Positions 24,301 to 34,900 of a stretch of 64,000 nucleotides of DNA are shown here, piece after piece. The position numbers and the translations under genes were made by a program. The notes below the pieces were generated by a model, which saw only the letters and a list, made by a program, of their open reading frames with translations, did not search any database and had not been told where the DNA came from. The first letter of the stretch is position 1. Each line of letters starts with the position of its first letter. The stretch covers positions 1-64,000 of the forward strand of contig MEDY01000143.1 in assembly GCA_001724265.1 (NCBI GenBank), given 5' to 3'. This DNA comes from Rhizaria sp. SCN 62-66. Lineage: Eukaryota.

Positions 24301-26305
24301 CGCCGCCGCGCTCAATGCCAGCGACACCAACGCTAGCGTGATCATTTCTCTGTCAGACAGCTCCACTCTGTTCGACGGCGCCCGCCTCGGCTCTAACCAC
24401 GCGAATGCTAATGCCAATGCCAATGTAAACACTCAAAAGTCTCAGCACGGCGGTGTGGTCATCCCAAAGCTGCCGTTAGCCTCCGTCGTCGCGCGCCCTC
24501 TCGCGAACACCAATACTCACATGAATGCTAAGACTACGACTCCTGTTGTTGTGAGCAGCGTTGTCGGCGACGGCGAGTACGAGGACGACTTCGACGATGT
24601 TAGCACCAAGCGCACGGGCCCTCAGACCAGCGGCGGCGGCGCTAAGGGGGGCAAGGGCACCGTGCCTGCGAGTGCGAGTAACAAGAACGACGACTATGAC
24701 GAGTATGCGGATGACTTTATCACCACGCCTCACACAGTCCATAACAACGCTAACGTGAACGCCAATCACCTTCATAATGCGAATAACGCGAATAGCCGCC
24801 CCGCCGCGCCCACGGTCACCGTGAACGACAAGTCTAAGGGGCAGGGCCAGGCCGCTTACCCGACTGCCTGGGGCCCTTACCCGCCGCCCCCCCACGCTGC
24901 TGGGGCTGGTGCTCACGGTCACTTCGGCGCCCATGGTCAGTACCCCCCTTACATGTACCCGCCGCACCCTTACATGGCGCCCCCTTATCCGTACCCGTAC
25001 CCCCCTTACCCGCACCCTTACATGCAGGGCGGCCACCCTTACCCGTACCCTTACCCGCATCAGCAAGGCGGCGAGTCCAGCCCTGACGCCGAGTCAGCGG
25101 CTGTCACAGGCTCGAAGGGCAAGTCTAAGGGGCCGCAGCCGCAGTCATCTAAGGGCCCCGGCTACGCCTTCGGTCCCCTGGGTCTTGAGCCGTACTCTGA
25201 CACTCACTCCCACGCCCGCGCCCACGCGAGTCAAACTGGCGGCTCGAGCGGCAACGAGAACGTGAGTGCACAGCAACAGCAGCAGCCGTACCCACCGTAC
25301 CCTTACATGCCCTCCGGCGGCCCTTACATGCCGCCCTTCTACCCCCCCGGGCCGCCAGTGCAGCACATCACCATCAACCTCAACGCACCCCCGCCGAGCT
25401 CGAGCAGTGGCAGCGGCGCCTATGGCCGCAACGACACCGCTGCGAAGGGCCCTGTGTCGGCCATGGCCATCCTTGAGTCGCTGCTGCCGACGCTCGCGCT
25501 CACGCCGACTTATACCCACGGCAACGCTAGCAGTATTACTGGCGCAGTCGCTGGCGCTGGCGCTGTTGCTGGCGGTGGCAAGCCCCGCCCCCGCTCGAGC
25601 CGTGTTTCACACAGCAAACCTGGTCACGGTGCCGTCGTCGTCCCGGCCGGCGCGCAAGGTGCCAGCGCTGCAGGTGTCGTCATCGGCGGCGGCGTCCCCA
25701 GCGATCCGGACCGCATGTTCGCGGTCGCCGTCGACACAGCCACTCGAGCAATGCAGTCCAGTGCCAGTGCCAGCGCGAACCCAAATCCCGGCAGCGCCGA
25801 CGGCGGTCGCGCTCGTCCCCGCGCCCGCGCCCGCGCCCGCGCCGGCGCCGATGTCAACGGCAAGAAGTCTGCCAACCGCGGCTACGCGAGCAAGGCACAC
25901 GCTCACAGTGGCGACAACTATGATGGTGACGGCAATGTTGCTGAGGACGGCAGCGCTCTAGCGGGCGCGAACGCTCACAGTGCGGCGCTGGCCACCGCTG
26001 CGGCCGCGGCGACGAACGCGACCGTGAGCCTGCCGCGCACCGCCGCCGCCATCCAGGCCGCGTGTTACGAGCTGCTCGAGGGGCTGCAGCGGACTCGCGA
26101 CGCGGCCGACGCTTACACCGCGGCCACGGCCCCTTATGCCGCCGTTCGTGCCGATGACCCCAAGGCGACTGTGAGCATGAAGGAGGGCGATATGTATGAG
26201 AGGATGAATATTAAGCCGCCTGCGTGGAGCGTGGCGCGGGCGGGCTGGGAGGAGCGGCAGCGGCAGCGCAAAATGCAGCAGCAACAACAACAACAACAAC
26301 AATAA
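21377..26305 (+). CDS. Hypothetical 1,642-aa intrinsically disordered protein (Asp/Tyr-, Asn-, Gly-, Ala-rich tracts; Pro/Tyr/His-rich PYPYPP segment; C-terminal poly-Q)
   Basis: Long uninterrupted ORF with strong GC3 bias, pyrimidine-rich leader before the ATG, TAA stop then AT-rich DNA. No domain recognised. Confidence 0.8.
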   Translation: MWRVGSGSSGGSDAPPGGDRAALDKLSRINSTALPAPSSSHAPTSSNSNYRQSTAAGSAAAPGRGYDEYDPYGDDRDYYDEGGNDHTDDRDDYNPPNNNNGYRGSGAGAAAGAGSSDAADITYEDDDNSVINNYYRKHMPSAATAAATNTNTRPAAATGAGAGVGTTGTRNEFLTSGEYRDVYDKATAFMRAAGSSNTQLPPSAAAGAGANRFTSSSSSNNNNPGVGGHNETTDSLNGDSGYGSGHGHGHGNDDDYYDDDYADDANFDDSARQPSAAAAAAVAAAVAAAAATGPGINIGDGYTPRGGAKSSANGGNGASGGGGGVSGPQAASKSAYGSHGGGVWADKYTTGSKHPQQHSGHYAVGDDDEDEGDYNVSYDEYADDGHNQHAPHNNNQHHGDTGDDGGYGDDLPYDLDPRYDGDAGLQSGNHTVTETEIDVTDSGPSHFYGGNNNNNNVTMLGNTNTTLNTGKNLAGAHSKQAGSTESGLLFRLTAGRSGGALPPPPPPTIATSSSAVAAAAGRFARPTVSPTGDAEQQQQQQQSGSKSGGGNNFAMTGGSNVIDDYSYTASANTTAVTQSDAAAVVGTHGGTPGAHGHFSAESKGDHGDDDGEEIEVSVTASNNTNGGGGAGAAKYGGGLAPPVASAALGALGGGLRDGEYSGYDYDDGDSTLHDAAAKPHAHGGGRNNNGYTDDSGMISIDITNNTTVFTGSGTVLGSAQAPNSTKAQQQQQQQQKAVSSNTLALPSSSSHGHQGQTNASDASINISVSVADVSAVKPSQAAAATAGAAAVAKPGPPLPPVPAHLANNNNNNANRSTATGAVSVIPNSSSGGSTSSKNANEDDDEDVEIELDDDDDDMNVAAPTAIANSNSVVKQPGNTATAAAAYNGGFEEEEVVSLPTANNPVIRHLNANANNDRVNGLLGLPTAVGAANAEASAIEISIGGDSPYRGPRALPANNNNNNNKPVVGSNNNNKNAAALNASDTNASVIISLSDSSTLFDGARLGSNHANANANANVNTQKSQHGGVVIPKLPLASVVARPLANTNTHMNAKTTTPVVVSSVVGDGEYEDDFDDVSTKRTGPQTSGGGAKGGKGTVPASASNKNDDYDEYADDFITTPHTVHNNANVNANHLHNANNANSRPAAPTVTVNDKSKGQGQAAYPTAWGPYPPPPHAAGAGAHGHFGAHGQYPPYMYPPHPYMAPPYPYPYPPYPHPYMQGGHPYPYPYPHQQGGESSPDAESAAVTGSKGKSKGPQPQSSKGPGYAFGPLGLEPYSDTHSHARAHASQTGGSSGNENVSAQQQQQPYPPYPYMPSGGPYMPPFYPPGPPVQHITINLNAPPPSSSSGSGAYGRNDTAAKGPVSAMAILESLLPTLALTPTYTHGNASSITGAVAGAGAVAGGGKPRPRSSRVSHSKPGHGAVVVPAGAQGASAAGVVIGGGVPSDPDRMFAVAVDTATRAMQSSASASANPNPGSADGGRARPRARARARAGADVNGKKSANRGYASKAHAHSGDNYDGDGNVAEDGSALAGANAHSAALATAAAAATNATVSLPRTAAAIQAACYELLEGLQRTRDAADAYTAATAPYAAVRADDPKATVSMKEGDMYERMNIKPPAWSVARAGWEERQRQRKMQQQQQQQQQ

Positions 26306-26824
26306 GAGCAGCACTAGCAAACTTCGGCAAAGCAGAAAGAGTGCATTGTTGTTGTGTGCATTGTTTTACATTATTGATTGATATTTAGCTTTTCTATTAT
26401 GTGTAGTGTTTGAATACAATATGGAATATTCTCATAACAACTGACAAACCACAATGATTTCGAATGGTTAGATGCAGTGTATTGACAATGTTTAAGACAC
26501 AAAAAGCAACACATGACGAGTACATGTGACGTTGAGTTGAACAACAGTGATAAGTGTGCTTAAACAAAAAAGAAAACCAATGACAAGAGAACATACGATT
26601 ACTAGTGACGATATAACAACGACTTAGACTGTCAGATAAGACTAAAAAAAATATGCTAAAACGAAAAAGCAACAGAGAATCAATCCAATATACACAAACT
26701 AAAGAGAAAACAACTAAGAGACGCTTTCATATCGCAACAGCAATACTCACAAAATTAAACTACTCAACAAAAACACAAACAAAGAGATAGAGACATTCCA
26801 AAGCAAGTACTCAGACGATGTTAC

Positions 26825-29800
26825 TTAGACGTCTCCGAAGGTGATGTCGACGGTGAAGTCCGAGCCCTTCTCCTTGTTGGCCTTGTCCATGTCGCAGCGC
26901 CGCAGCACCACGCGGTCCCCTTCCAGCTCGACGAACTGCGAGTGCAGCCAGAAGGAGAAGACACACTTTTGCCCGCCGAGGAAGCCGGTCTTCATGAACT
27001 TAACGTTGAAATCGCCGCCGACCACGAACGTGTCGCGCGCGCCCGTGACGAGCACACCGCCCGTGTTGGTCGCGTTGCACGCGTACGCCTTGGGCAGCGC
27101 GTTGGCGTCGGCGGCGGGCGCGGTCGTGTCGTGGACGCTGTTGCCCGGGAAGCCGGCGGGCATGCCGCTGCCGGCGCGGCCCGGGACGCGGGGCTTGACG
27201 CCCACCACCACCGCCGCCGTTGGGCCAGCAGCACCGGCGGCGGGAGCGCTAGCGCCGTCGGTGACGGTGGCGGTGTTGGGGGCCGGCACGAAAAGCCCGC
27301 TCTTGACCTTAGTCATGCTGAAACCTACGATGTTCTTGTCCTTGGAGGAGCGGATGGTGCCCATGACGGCGCCCGCGAAGGACGGCGACAGCGCCTGAGT
27401 CTCCGGCGACGCAGGACAGGGACACGTGATGATGACCGTGTCGAACGAGGGCGCCTCGGAGGAGACCTTGATGGAGGAAATGTACTTGAGGCGCGGTGCG
27501 GGCAGGCCTGTCGCGGGGAAAATGGTCTGCGAAGGGCTCAGAGGGCTCGCGGTCGGGGCGCTGACGGCGCTCACAGGCGTCGTCGCAGCGACTACTGCAG
27601 TTGCAGTTGCAGCAGCGGCAGCAGGAGCGGCAGCAGTGGCTGCAGGAGCGGCAGTGCTTTTGTCCGCGCTATCAGACTTAGTCTCGGTGCTCGCAGCCGC
27701 AGCCGCATTCGCAGCCGCAGTAGCGCTGGCGTCGGTCAGACTGCTAGTGCCGGCGCCGGCAGCCGTCGTGGCAGCAGCAGCAGCAGCGACAGCGTTTGCG
27801 ACGGCGGCGGCGTAGGCGTCCCGCATGAGGACGTAGTTCTCGAACATAAACACCCAACGCTGCTGTGAAGCGATCGTGACGCCCTTCTGGTTCTTGGTGC
27901 GGACCGTGGCGTAGTAGCGCAGCGCGTCCTCGGAGCGGTCCCACATGCGCACGTAAGTCATGAGCATGGTGATGATGAGCCCCGTGCGGCCCTTACCCGC
28001 CTTGCAGTGGATGCCCGCCACGTTGCGCGGGTCCGCGCGCAGCCAGCGTGCGATGTCAACGATGCAAAACAGCACGTTCTGGAACGGCGGCGGGTTGTGG
28101 TCGTCGAACGGGAAGTGCAGGATGCGCTGGAAGGACGACTTAGGGTACACGCGTTCGGAGCAGAGGTTGTAGATCTTGTAGTGGCCAGGGTGCCTGGTCT
28201 CGAAGAAGCGCACGACATCCTTCATGTCGTTGCGGTATAGCGCCTCGGTGCCCACAGAGGGAAAGCCCATCGCGATCACGCGCGCCGTGATGTAAGTTAA
28301 ATCGAGGTCGAACGAGTCGAGCGTGAAGCGGCGCTTCTTCTTGCTCACCTTGGACTTGATGAAGTTGCCCTTCTTGGTGTTGCGATCTGTCGAGCCAGTG
28401 ACGAAACTGTCCAGCGTCGCGTTGGCCGCGGCCGCGCGGGCCGTGCTGTTGTTAATGTTGCTGCTCGCCGTGTTGTTGTTGGCGTTGCGCGTCTTGTTCG
28501 CCGTCGGGCTCGCGTTGCCGCCGTTGCCATTGCTGGCGGCATTAGCGGCGTCGTCATCGTCGTCGTCGCTGTTGCCAATGGGGTCGGTGTCGTCGCCGTC
28601 GTCGTCCTCGGCGCCCGTGCCCGCGCTCGCCGCCGCTGCGGCGACCGCCGCGAGCGAGGCCGCAGTGAGGTCCATGCCGAATTTGCGGTCCGCGGCAACG
28701 GGGATGTCTGGGATCGAGGGCAGAACACCCGAGTAGTAGCGCGCGTGTCGTTGCAACACGGCGAGCCAGAGCATGCGCAGCGCGGCGTCGGCGCCCGCGG
28801 AGAAGAGGAAAAACTTGCCCTTGTTGCTCGCGTTGGGGGCGAGCGAGGTGGTGTTCTTGAGGTAGTGTGTGAAGCAATTCTTCTGATCGCGGACGTCGGG
28901 CGTGGCGAGCGTGACCGTCTGATGCAGATGGTGGTACGACAGCTGCGTGCGCTCCAGCCGGTTCATCACCTCCTGCGGCAGCGTCACGTTGGCGAACACA
29001 GACGCCGGGCGGCTGGGGCCGGACGCCGCGGGCTTGAGGCCGCTGGGCAGACGACCCCCCGCGGCCACTGTCGCCGCTGCGCCGGCCGCCGACAGACCGG
29101 GCTCGGCGGCCTGTGCCGGGGCCGGGGCGGGGGCCGTGGGGGAGGTAAGGGGGGACATGGCGTCCGCGCTCGATTTGCACCCCAGGCCAGCCGTCCTGAA
29201 CGAAAACAAGAGGAGAGAGAGAAAAACATTCGGTGCGGTTTGTGGTCTGTGGTGAGAGTCGTAAAAAATGATTATATCGACAGTACAAAGATAGATTCAC
29301 ATAAAACAAGAGCAAATAAAATATCATTCCAAATTTCAATATGATAATATAAATAAAATTTCGCAATGAAACAATATAACCGAGATACATCCATCCAAGC
29401 AGAGACTTGTTCAAGTCAGTCTCTTTGCGTACCTGGTGAGCGCCTCCAGCTCAGCGTGCGCCGAGGTGGGACCCGCAAGCCTGGCGTGCCTGCGGAACTC
29501 GTCCACGGCGTCGACGGTGTAGAGCTCAAGCCCCCAGTCGCGGATGACGCCGTAGCGCAGCTTCGCTGGTTTGGACGACGACGCCGGGTCGCACACCCAG
29601 ATGGGCGCGGCGAAGGCGATCACGCCCAACCCGTCGGTCTTCTCCAGCGCGTCGATGTCCACCACCGGTGCGTTGGCGCTGGCAAGGCGGCGGGACGTGC
29701 CGCTGCGGCCCGTCGTGGGCGTCTTGACCGCGGCCGCGCCGGTGACGGCGGTGCTCACAGTCCCAACCCCGTTGCCATCGCCAGCACCAGTGCCAGTGGC

Positions 29801-30484
29801 GGCGGCGCCGTTGGCGGGGGTGGCCGGCACGGTGACCGTGAGCGCGGTGGCCGAGCCGCCCGCGGCGCCGGCGGCGGCAGCGTTGGAGGACGACGGCAGT
29901 GTGAGATTCGCAGCCTTCGAAGAAGAGCTCGAGTTGGCGTTGGCGGTGTTCTTGTTGATGTGCGAAGTGGCGACGTTGGCCCCGCCCTGGGCGAGCAGCT
30001 TGAGGTACGCTGCCTTCTCCTCGGGCGCGGTGGTTGCCAGGACGCTGCCGTTGACGGCGAAGACGCTCGCGCGGTCGAAGCTTCCGTCAGTGTAGTCGGC
30101 GACGGACGCCTTGTTGATGGCGAGGCTCGACTGGGGCGGCGCGGTCGCCACTGCCAGCGCGTTGTCGAATAGCAGCAGACTGACCGGAGTTGCGCTCGCG
30201 GCCGCCTTGTCGCTCGCAGCGGCGGCGGCGTTGGCGGTGGCGATGATGCAGTAGTTGCGGTCCCAGTGGCCCGTCTCGGGCGACAGAGCTGACACCCAGC
30301 CTTCTGCGAGGATCAGGGCCGACGAGTTGTGGATGGCGCCGGAGGCCAGAGAGCTGGGCGAGCCGACAAGCACGGCCGGGCTGTTGCCGCCGGCGCAGCT
30401 CGCGTCGGCCGCATTGGCGCTGTTGCCGCTGTTGTTGTTGAGGCTCGAGGAAGAGGAGCCCAGGTCGGAGGAGAGCGATGACAT
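26825..30484 (-). CDS. PTEN: PTEN-like phosphoinositide phosphatase with N-terminal PH-like domains and C-terminal C2; exons 30484-29433 and 29195-26825 (intron 29196-29432)
   Basis: VSKKKRRF...DLDLTYIT.RVIAMGFP, YKIYNLCSER.Y, FPFDDHNPP, catalytic HCKAGKGRTG, GVTIASQQRWV, and C2 remnants GGDFNVKF...FSFWLHS.F...DMDKANK. A GTACGC...TTCAG intron joins the two listed ORFs in frame (LT-R-TAGLG). Ends in TAA. Confidence 0.9.
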
Positions 30485-31910
30485 CTTCTTGCGTTCGTTG
30501 ATCAAGGGTTTGTTGGGGCCGAGTGTTGTTGCGTCGCGATGCGGAACGAAGCAATCAAGCAGTCAGTCAAACGAGCACAGAGGCAAGTGTCGGTGTGAGT
30601 TGGTAAGGTAGCTGTGCCCGGCGCTCGCAGTGTTCGTCACCAGTTCGGCGCGAAGCAAGAGAAGCGAAGTGTTGGGGACAGCAGCGAAGCAGCACAGTGG
30701 GGCACTGCTTTGTTTTCGTTGGGTGACACACAAAGCACAAAGCGCACGCAAGATTTGGCTTGAGCGGTTGCTCTGGCGTGCGGCGTGCGCGCAGCGGAGA
30801 GCTGGGGGTGTCGGTGTAGTGCTCCTGTGCTGGTGGAGACACAGGGGAACGAAGCTTGGGAGACGAAGCAAGGATGAACAGGCAGGTGTACGAAACGCTG
30901 CGTAGAGGGCTGAGAAAAGTAGAAATGGAGGTACAAGAAAGACATAAGATGTAAACGTGTGTGGTGAGTGATAAAAACAATGATTTGTTGTGATAGAGCG
31001 TTGATGTCAGGCGAATGAGCGTCGGAAAGGATGAATGAGGAGGGGGGCAGGACGTCGGGCCAGATACCACCACGTTCACCAAAACCAGGCTAGAGCACGC
31101 AGAGCCTCGTGAATCAAAGCACAGGTTACGGATCAGAGAAATAAGCATCGCTTGTGCAGTATAGTCAAACGGTCGACCATAGACTGATTGCGAAGGGTCA
31201 TTTCGACGAGAGAAAGTTCAGGAAGCAGCGAGGGGAGTGTGAGGCCGCCACGCGCGCTTCAACACGCATATGTTGTGCAAGCCACCACTCGTGCAAGAAA
31301 CCCAAACGAAAATAAGTATGAAATTGTAAAGTGATTCACCTAGTCGTGCAGCGAGAGACCTACTTTTTGCCTTCTCGGATGCGTAAATCAATTCGCCTCT
31401 ACGAGCCAAAATGGGGGCAGAAAACGAGCCAATCCAGGCCCAAACGCGTGCATCTCCATTATTTTCAGATTTCCCAGTCATGCATGCAGCAATAAAGAGA
31501 TCCACTCCCAAGGATCGTTGGAAAACATCATATTGTAAATGAACATCCGAAGTTTTTTTCTTAAGTCAAATTATGCGACTGCAAATTAGTAATCTTTTGA
31601 ATGCTCACGGTCACTTGAACGCGAGAGGCTCCGACCGCGTCGCTCTCATCCAACACATTTCAGAGGTGCAAAGTGGCGTATCATAACACAGTATCGACAT
31701 AATTAGAATATGATATGGAAATATTGTCAATACGTTTTCATTTGAGTCCACAGCTAATTTGGCGATCATTTGCGCTCACAAATCTACTTTCTGTCTTGTC
31801 CTCAGCTACTTTTCTCTCCGAGTTCAATCCCCTAGCCAAGCCTCGCCGGCGACCACGTCCTTGTCAAGCCTCGGGTTCCACTGCGCGTCACTTCGCCGCC
31901 TTTTCACGCC

Positions 31911-34900
31911 ATGGGCGACCATTTGCTTGGTGCGCTCGTCTTCGTGTCGGGCCCCAGCGGCAAGCACTTGCTCACAAGCTACCCCGCCTGGCTGCCCCCC
32001 GCGGAGTCGCTTATTCTCGAGCAGGACATCGCGGCCGCGCGTGTCAATGCAAAGCACTTTAAGCGAATGCGCGACGCTGTTGTCGAGGCATTCTCCGCGG
32101 AGGCCGCGCTAGAAGCTGAGACAAGCGCACCAGCAACGGCAGCAGCTGCGGCAACGACTGCAGCAGCGGCGAGCCAGCACAGTGCGACTGACAACATAAG
32201 CAACAGCAGTACAGCAACAGCTGCACCTGTGACGAGTGACGCACAGTCGGCGGTTGCAGGACTCTATTACCAACGTAAGCGCGCGCTAGCAGCCGCCGCA
32301 GCGGAGAGGTCGGTCGAGAGCACGCTGCCTCCGTACCTCTTGCCAGCTTCTACAACGAAAACAGAAACAGACTCTCGTGCGACTGCAAAGGAGATCTCTC
32401 CACCTGCGACTACAGCAGTTGTTGCCGCCGCCGCTGCCGCCGCGTCCTCCGTCGCGCTCTCCTCCCGCGCGCTGCTGCTTCCGCTGTTGCTGCCGTCTCT
32501 GCCGCCGCTGCCGTCCTGGGTCGCCGCCCCGCTGCTGCCGCCGCACAACCTGCCGCTCGACGAGATCACGCGCATCTTCTCGCGACACGTCAAGCCGCAG
32601 GCGCCGCACGCGCCGTTCTATGTTAAGCCGCAGTTCTGCAATCTGCGTTTGCTGACCGGAAAGAATCTCCGCAGCTCGATTGCGACTGATATGCTTTCGT
32701 TGCCGTCTGCGACTCCCATCGTGGCGACGATTGGCGGCTTGACTTTTGTCGGTGCAACCGCGCCTATTGTCACAACACATTGCAGCAGTAACAACAACAG
32801 CATCAACTCAAACAGTTCCGGTAGCAGCAGCAACAACGCGAATTCCAGCCCCGTCACCCCCGGGACCACGATTGCGACCGGTGCGACTGCGCCTGCTGAG
32901 GCGACTGCTGAATGCAGGAAGCACCGCCCCAGTCACAATGCTTCTACGGGTGATTCTGCTGAAGCAACTGTGAGCGCGGCGGTTGCGACTGCACTTGCCT
33001 CTGTTAACAACACGCACAGTAACAGTAGCGCGAACAGTAGCGCTGTCATTGACAGCAACAGCAACACTGCGAACAACGACAACAGTTCAGTCACATCAGG
33101 TGCATCGTCGTTGAACAACAACGCCGGCAACAGCTCTACTTCTAGCTCTATATCTACCTCTAGCTCTAGCTCAAGCTCTAGCTCGAGTGCAAGCTCTAGT
33201 TCTAGTTCTAGCGGCAGCAGCTCTAGCCCAAGTGCGACCGACGACGCGCACACGTCACAGTACACGCAAATTACCGTCGTGTTTATTCTCCGCCCCCCCA
33301 ACGCGCCGCCCAGCATCACCGGCGGAAACACGACCACCAGCGCTGCCGCGGCGGCTGCGGCTGCAGCAGCGGCAGCCGCGGCAGCCGCCGCCACAACGGG
33401 CTCCAGCTCCAGCTCCAGCAGCAGCAGCAGTGGCGGCGGCGGCAACGCTGGGGCCGTCGCCGCGGGCGGCATTGGCGGCGGCAGCGCGCTTGCGGTGCTC
33501 TCGTGCTCCAGTGCACAGTACGCAACAAGTAGCGACATCCTGACGCTGTCGACGGCGTCCACGACGGCCGGCGCAGCGGGAGCGGGAGCGGGAGTGACTG
33601 CAGCGGGCGTGGCCGCGGCGCCAGCAGCGGGAGCTGTGAAGGCGGTGACGCATTCGTTTGCGCTCGCTCCGGTGCATTCGGGCGACACGTGTGTTGACTC
33701 TAACATCAGCGGCGGTCTCGCTGATTCCGTCTCGGCTGCGGCGACTGCTGCAGCTGTGCGTGCTGCGAGTGCGAGTGGTGCCACTCAGCAACAGAGTCAG
33801 CAGATTCACGCAACAACAGCAGCAGCGGCAACAGCTGGAACAAGCACGAGCTCGGTCTCTGCTGCTCACAGTGAAAACAACACGACTCAAATTAACGCAC
33901 GGGTCAGTGTGAGCCAGAGTACTTGCTCCAACGCAGCTGCTACTGCTGCAGTCGCGGCTGCTCTCAACGCAGCTGCCTCCGTATCTGCCTCAGCTTCTCC
34001 TTTAGCATCACCGACACCGACAGCGAATGAGACCAACGACTCGGCTGCCTCCGCAACCTCATCTTCAACCTCTGCAGCAGCAGCCGCCGCCGCAGCTGCG
34101 GTCGCGTCGACAACAGCGACGGCCGCGGCGGCAGCGATCCCTACCGCAGCCTCTGCCACAGCCGCCGCCGCTGCCGGGCGCGGTCTGGTGTCGACTGCGG
34201 GCGCTGCCGCACCTGTGCCGCGCAGTGTTATCTCGGTTTTTTCGGTCCTCGCTGTTAAGTGTGCCGAGGCTGTGGCCCACGCAGAGAGCGTGTATAAGGC
34301 GAAAGAACAGCAAAAGCAGAAGGATATTGCGAGTGTCATCACGGCAGCTGTGACAAAGTCCGCCGTTAACACACTCGACAAAATCACCAAGAGCAACAGC
34401 GACAAGGAGACAAGAACTGATAGCAACAATCGCGGTGTCGATTGCCGCATAAGTGCTTGCGAGAGCAATGTAAGTACCTGGGTCGTTCCCCCTCCGCTGA
34501 GCTCTCCGGAACTGACTGTCCTTGCAGCTGCTGCCCAGGCTGTTTCGAAGCTAAGCCGCACTCCGGCGCCGTTGCCGATCCCGATGCACCCGCGCTTGCT
34601 CGCACAAACAACAACAGACGCGATCGTCTCGGCGACCAACACTCTGAACAGCGCTCTTCGTAATGACGACGAGAGCAACCCAAGCGCTAAATCCAGCTCC
34701 AACGCGATAGTCGGCGGCGTTTTTATTGGTTGCGGTGGCAGTAGCAGTCAAACCGAATGGCAGCAGCAACTCACTGTCCGTCTTGTGTCGCTCACTTGCA
34801 AGACCAGCAGCAGCAGTGCTCGTGAGAGCAGTGCCTTTGCGACTGACGCGAGCGCTGGTGCGGGCGCAGCTGTTTCATCGGCCGCAACTGCGGCTGCTGC

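Noticed and set aside
33135-33230. (TCTAGC)n-type hexamer arrays (also ~16545-16585 and ~63973-63990) as CRISPR-like or telomeric repeats
   Set aside because: They are degenerate in-frame poly-Ser coding tracts with no repeat-spacer structure.
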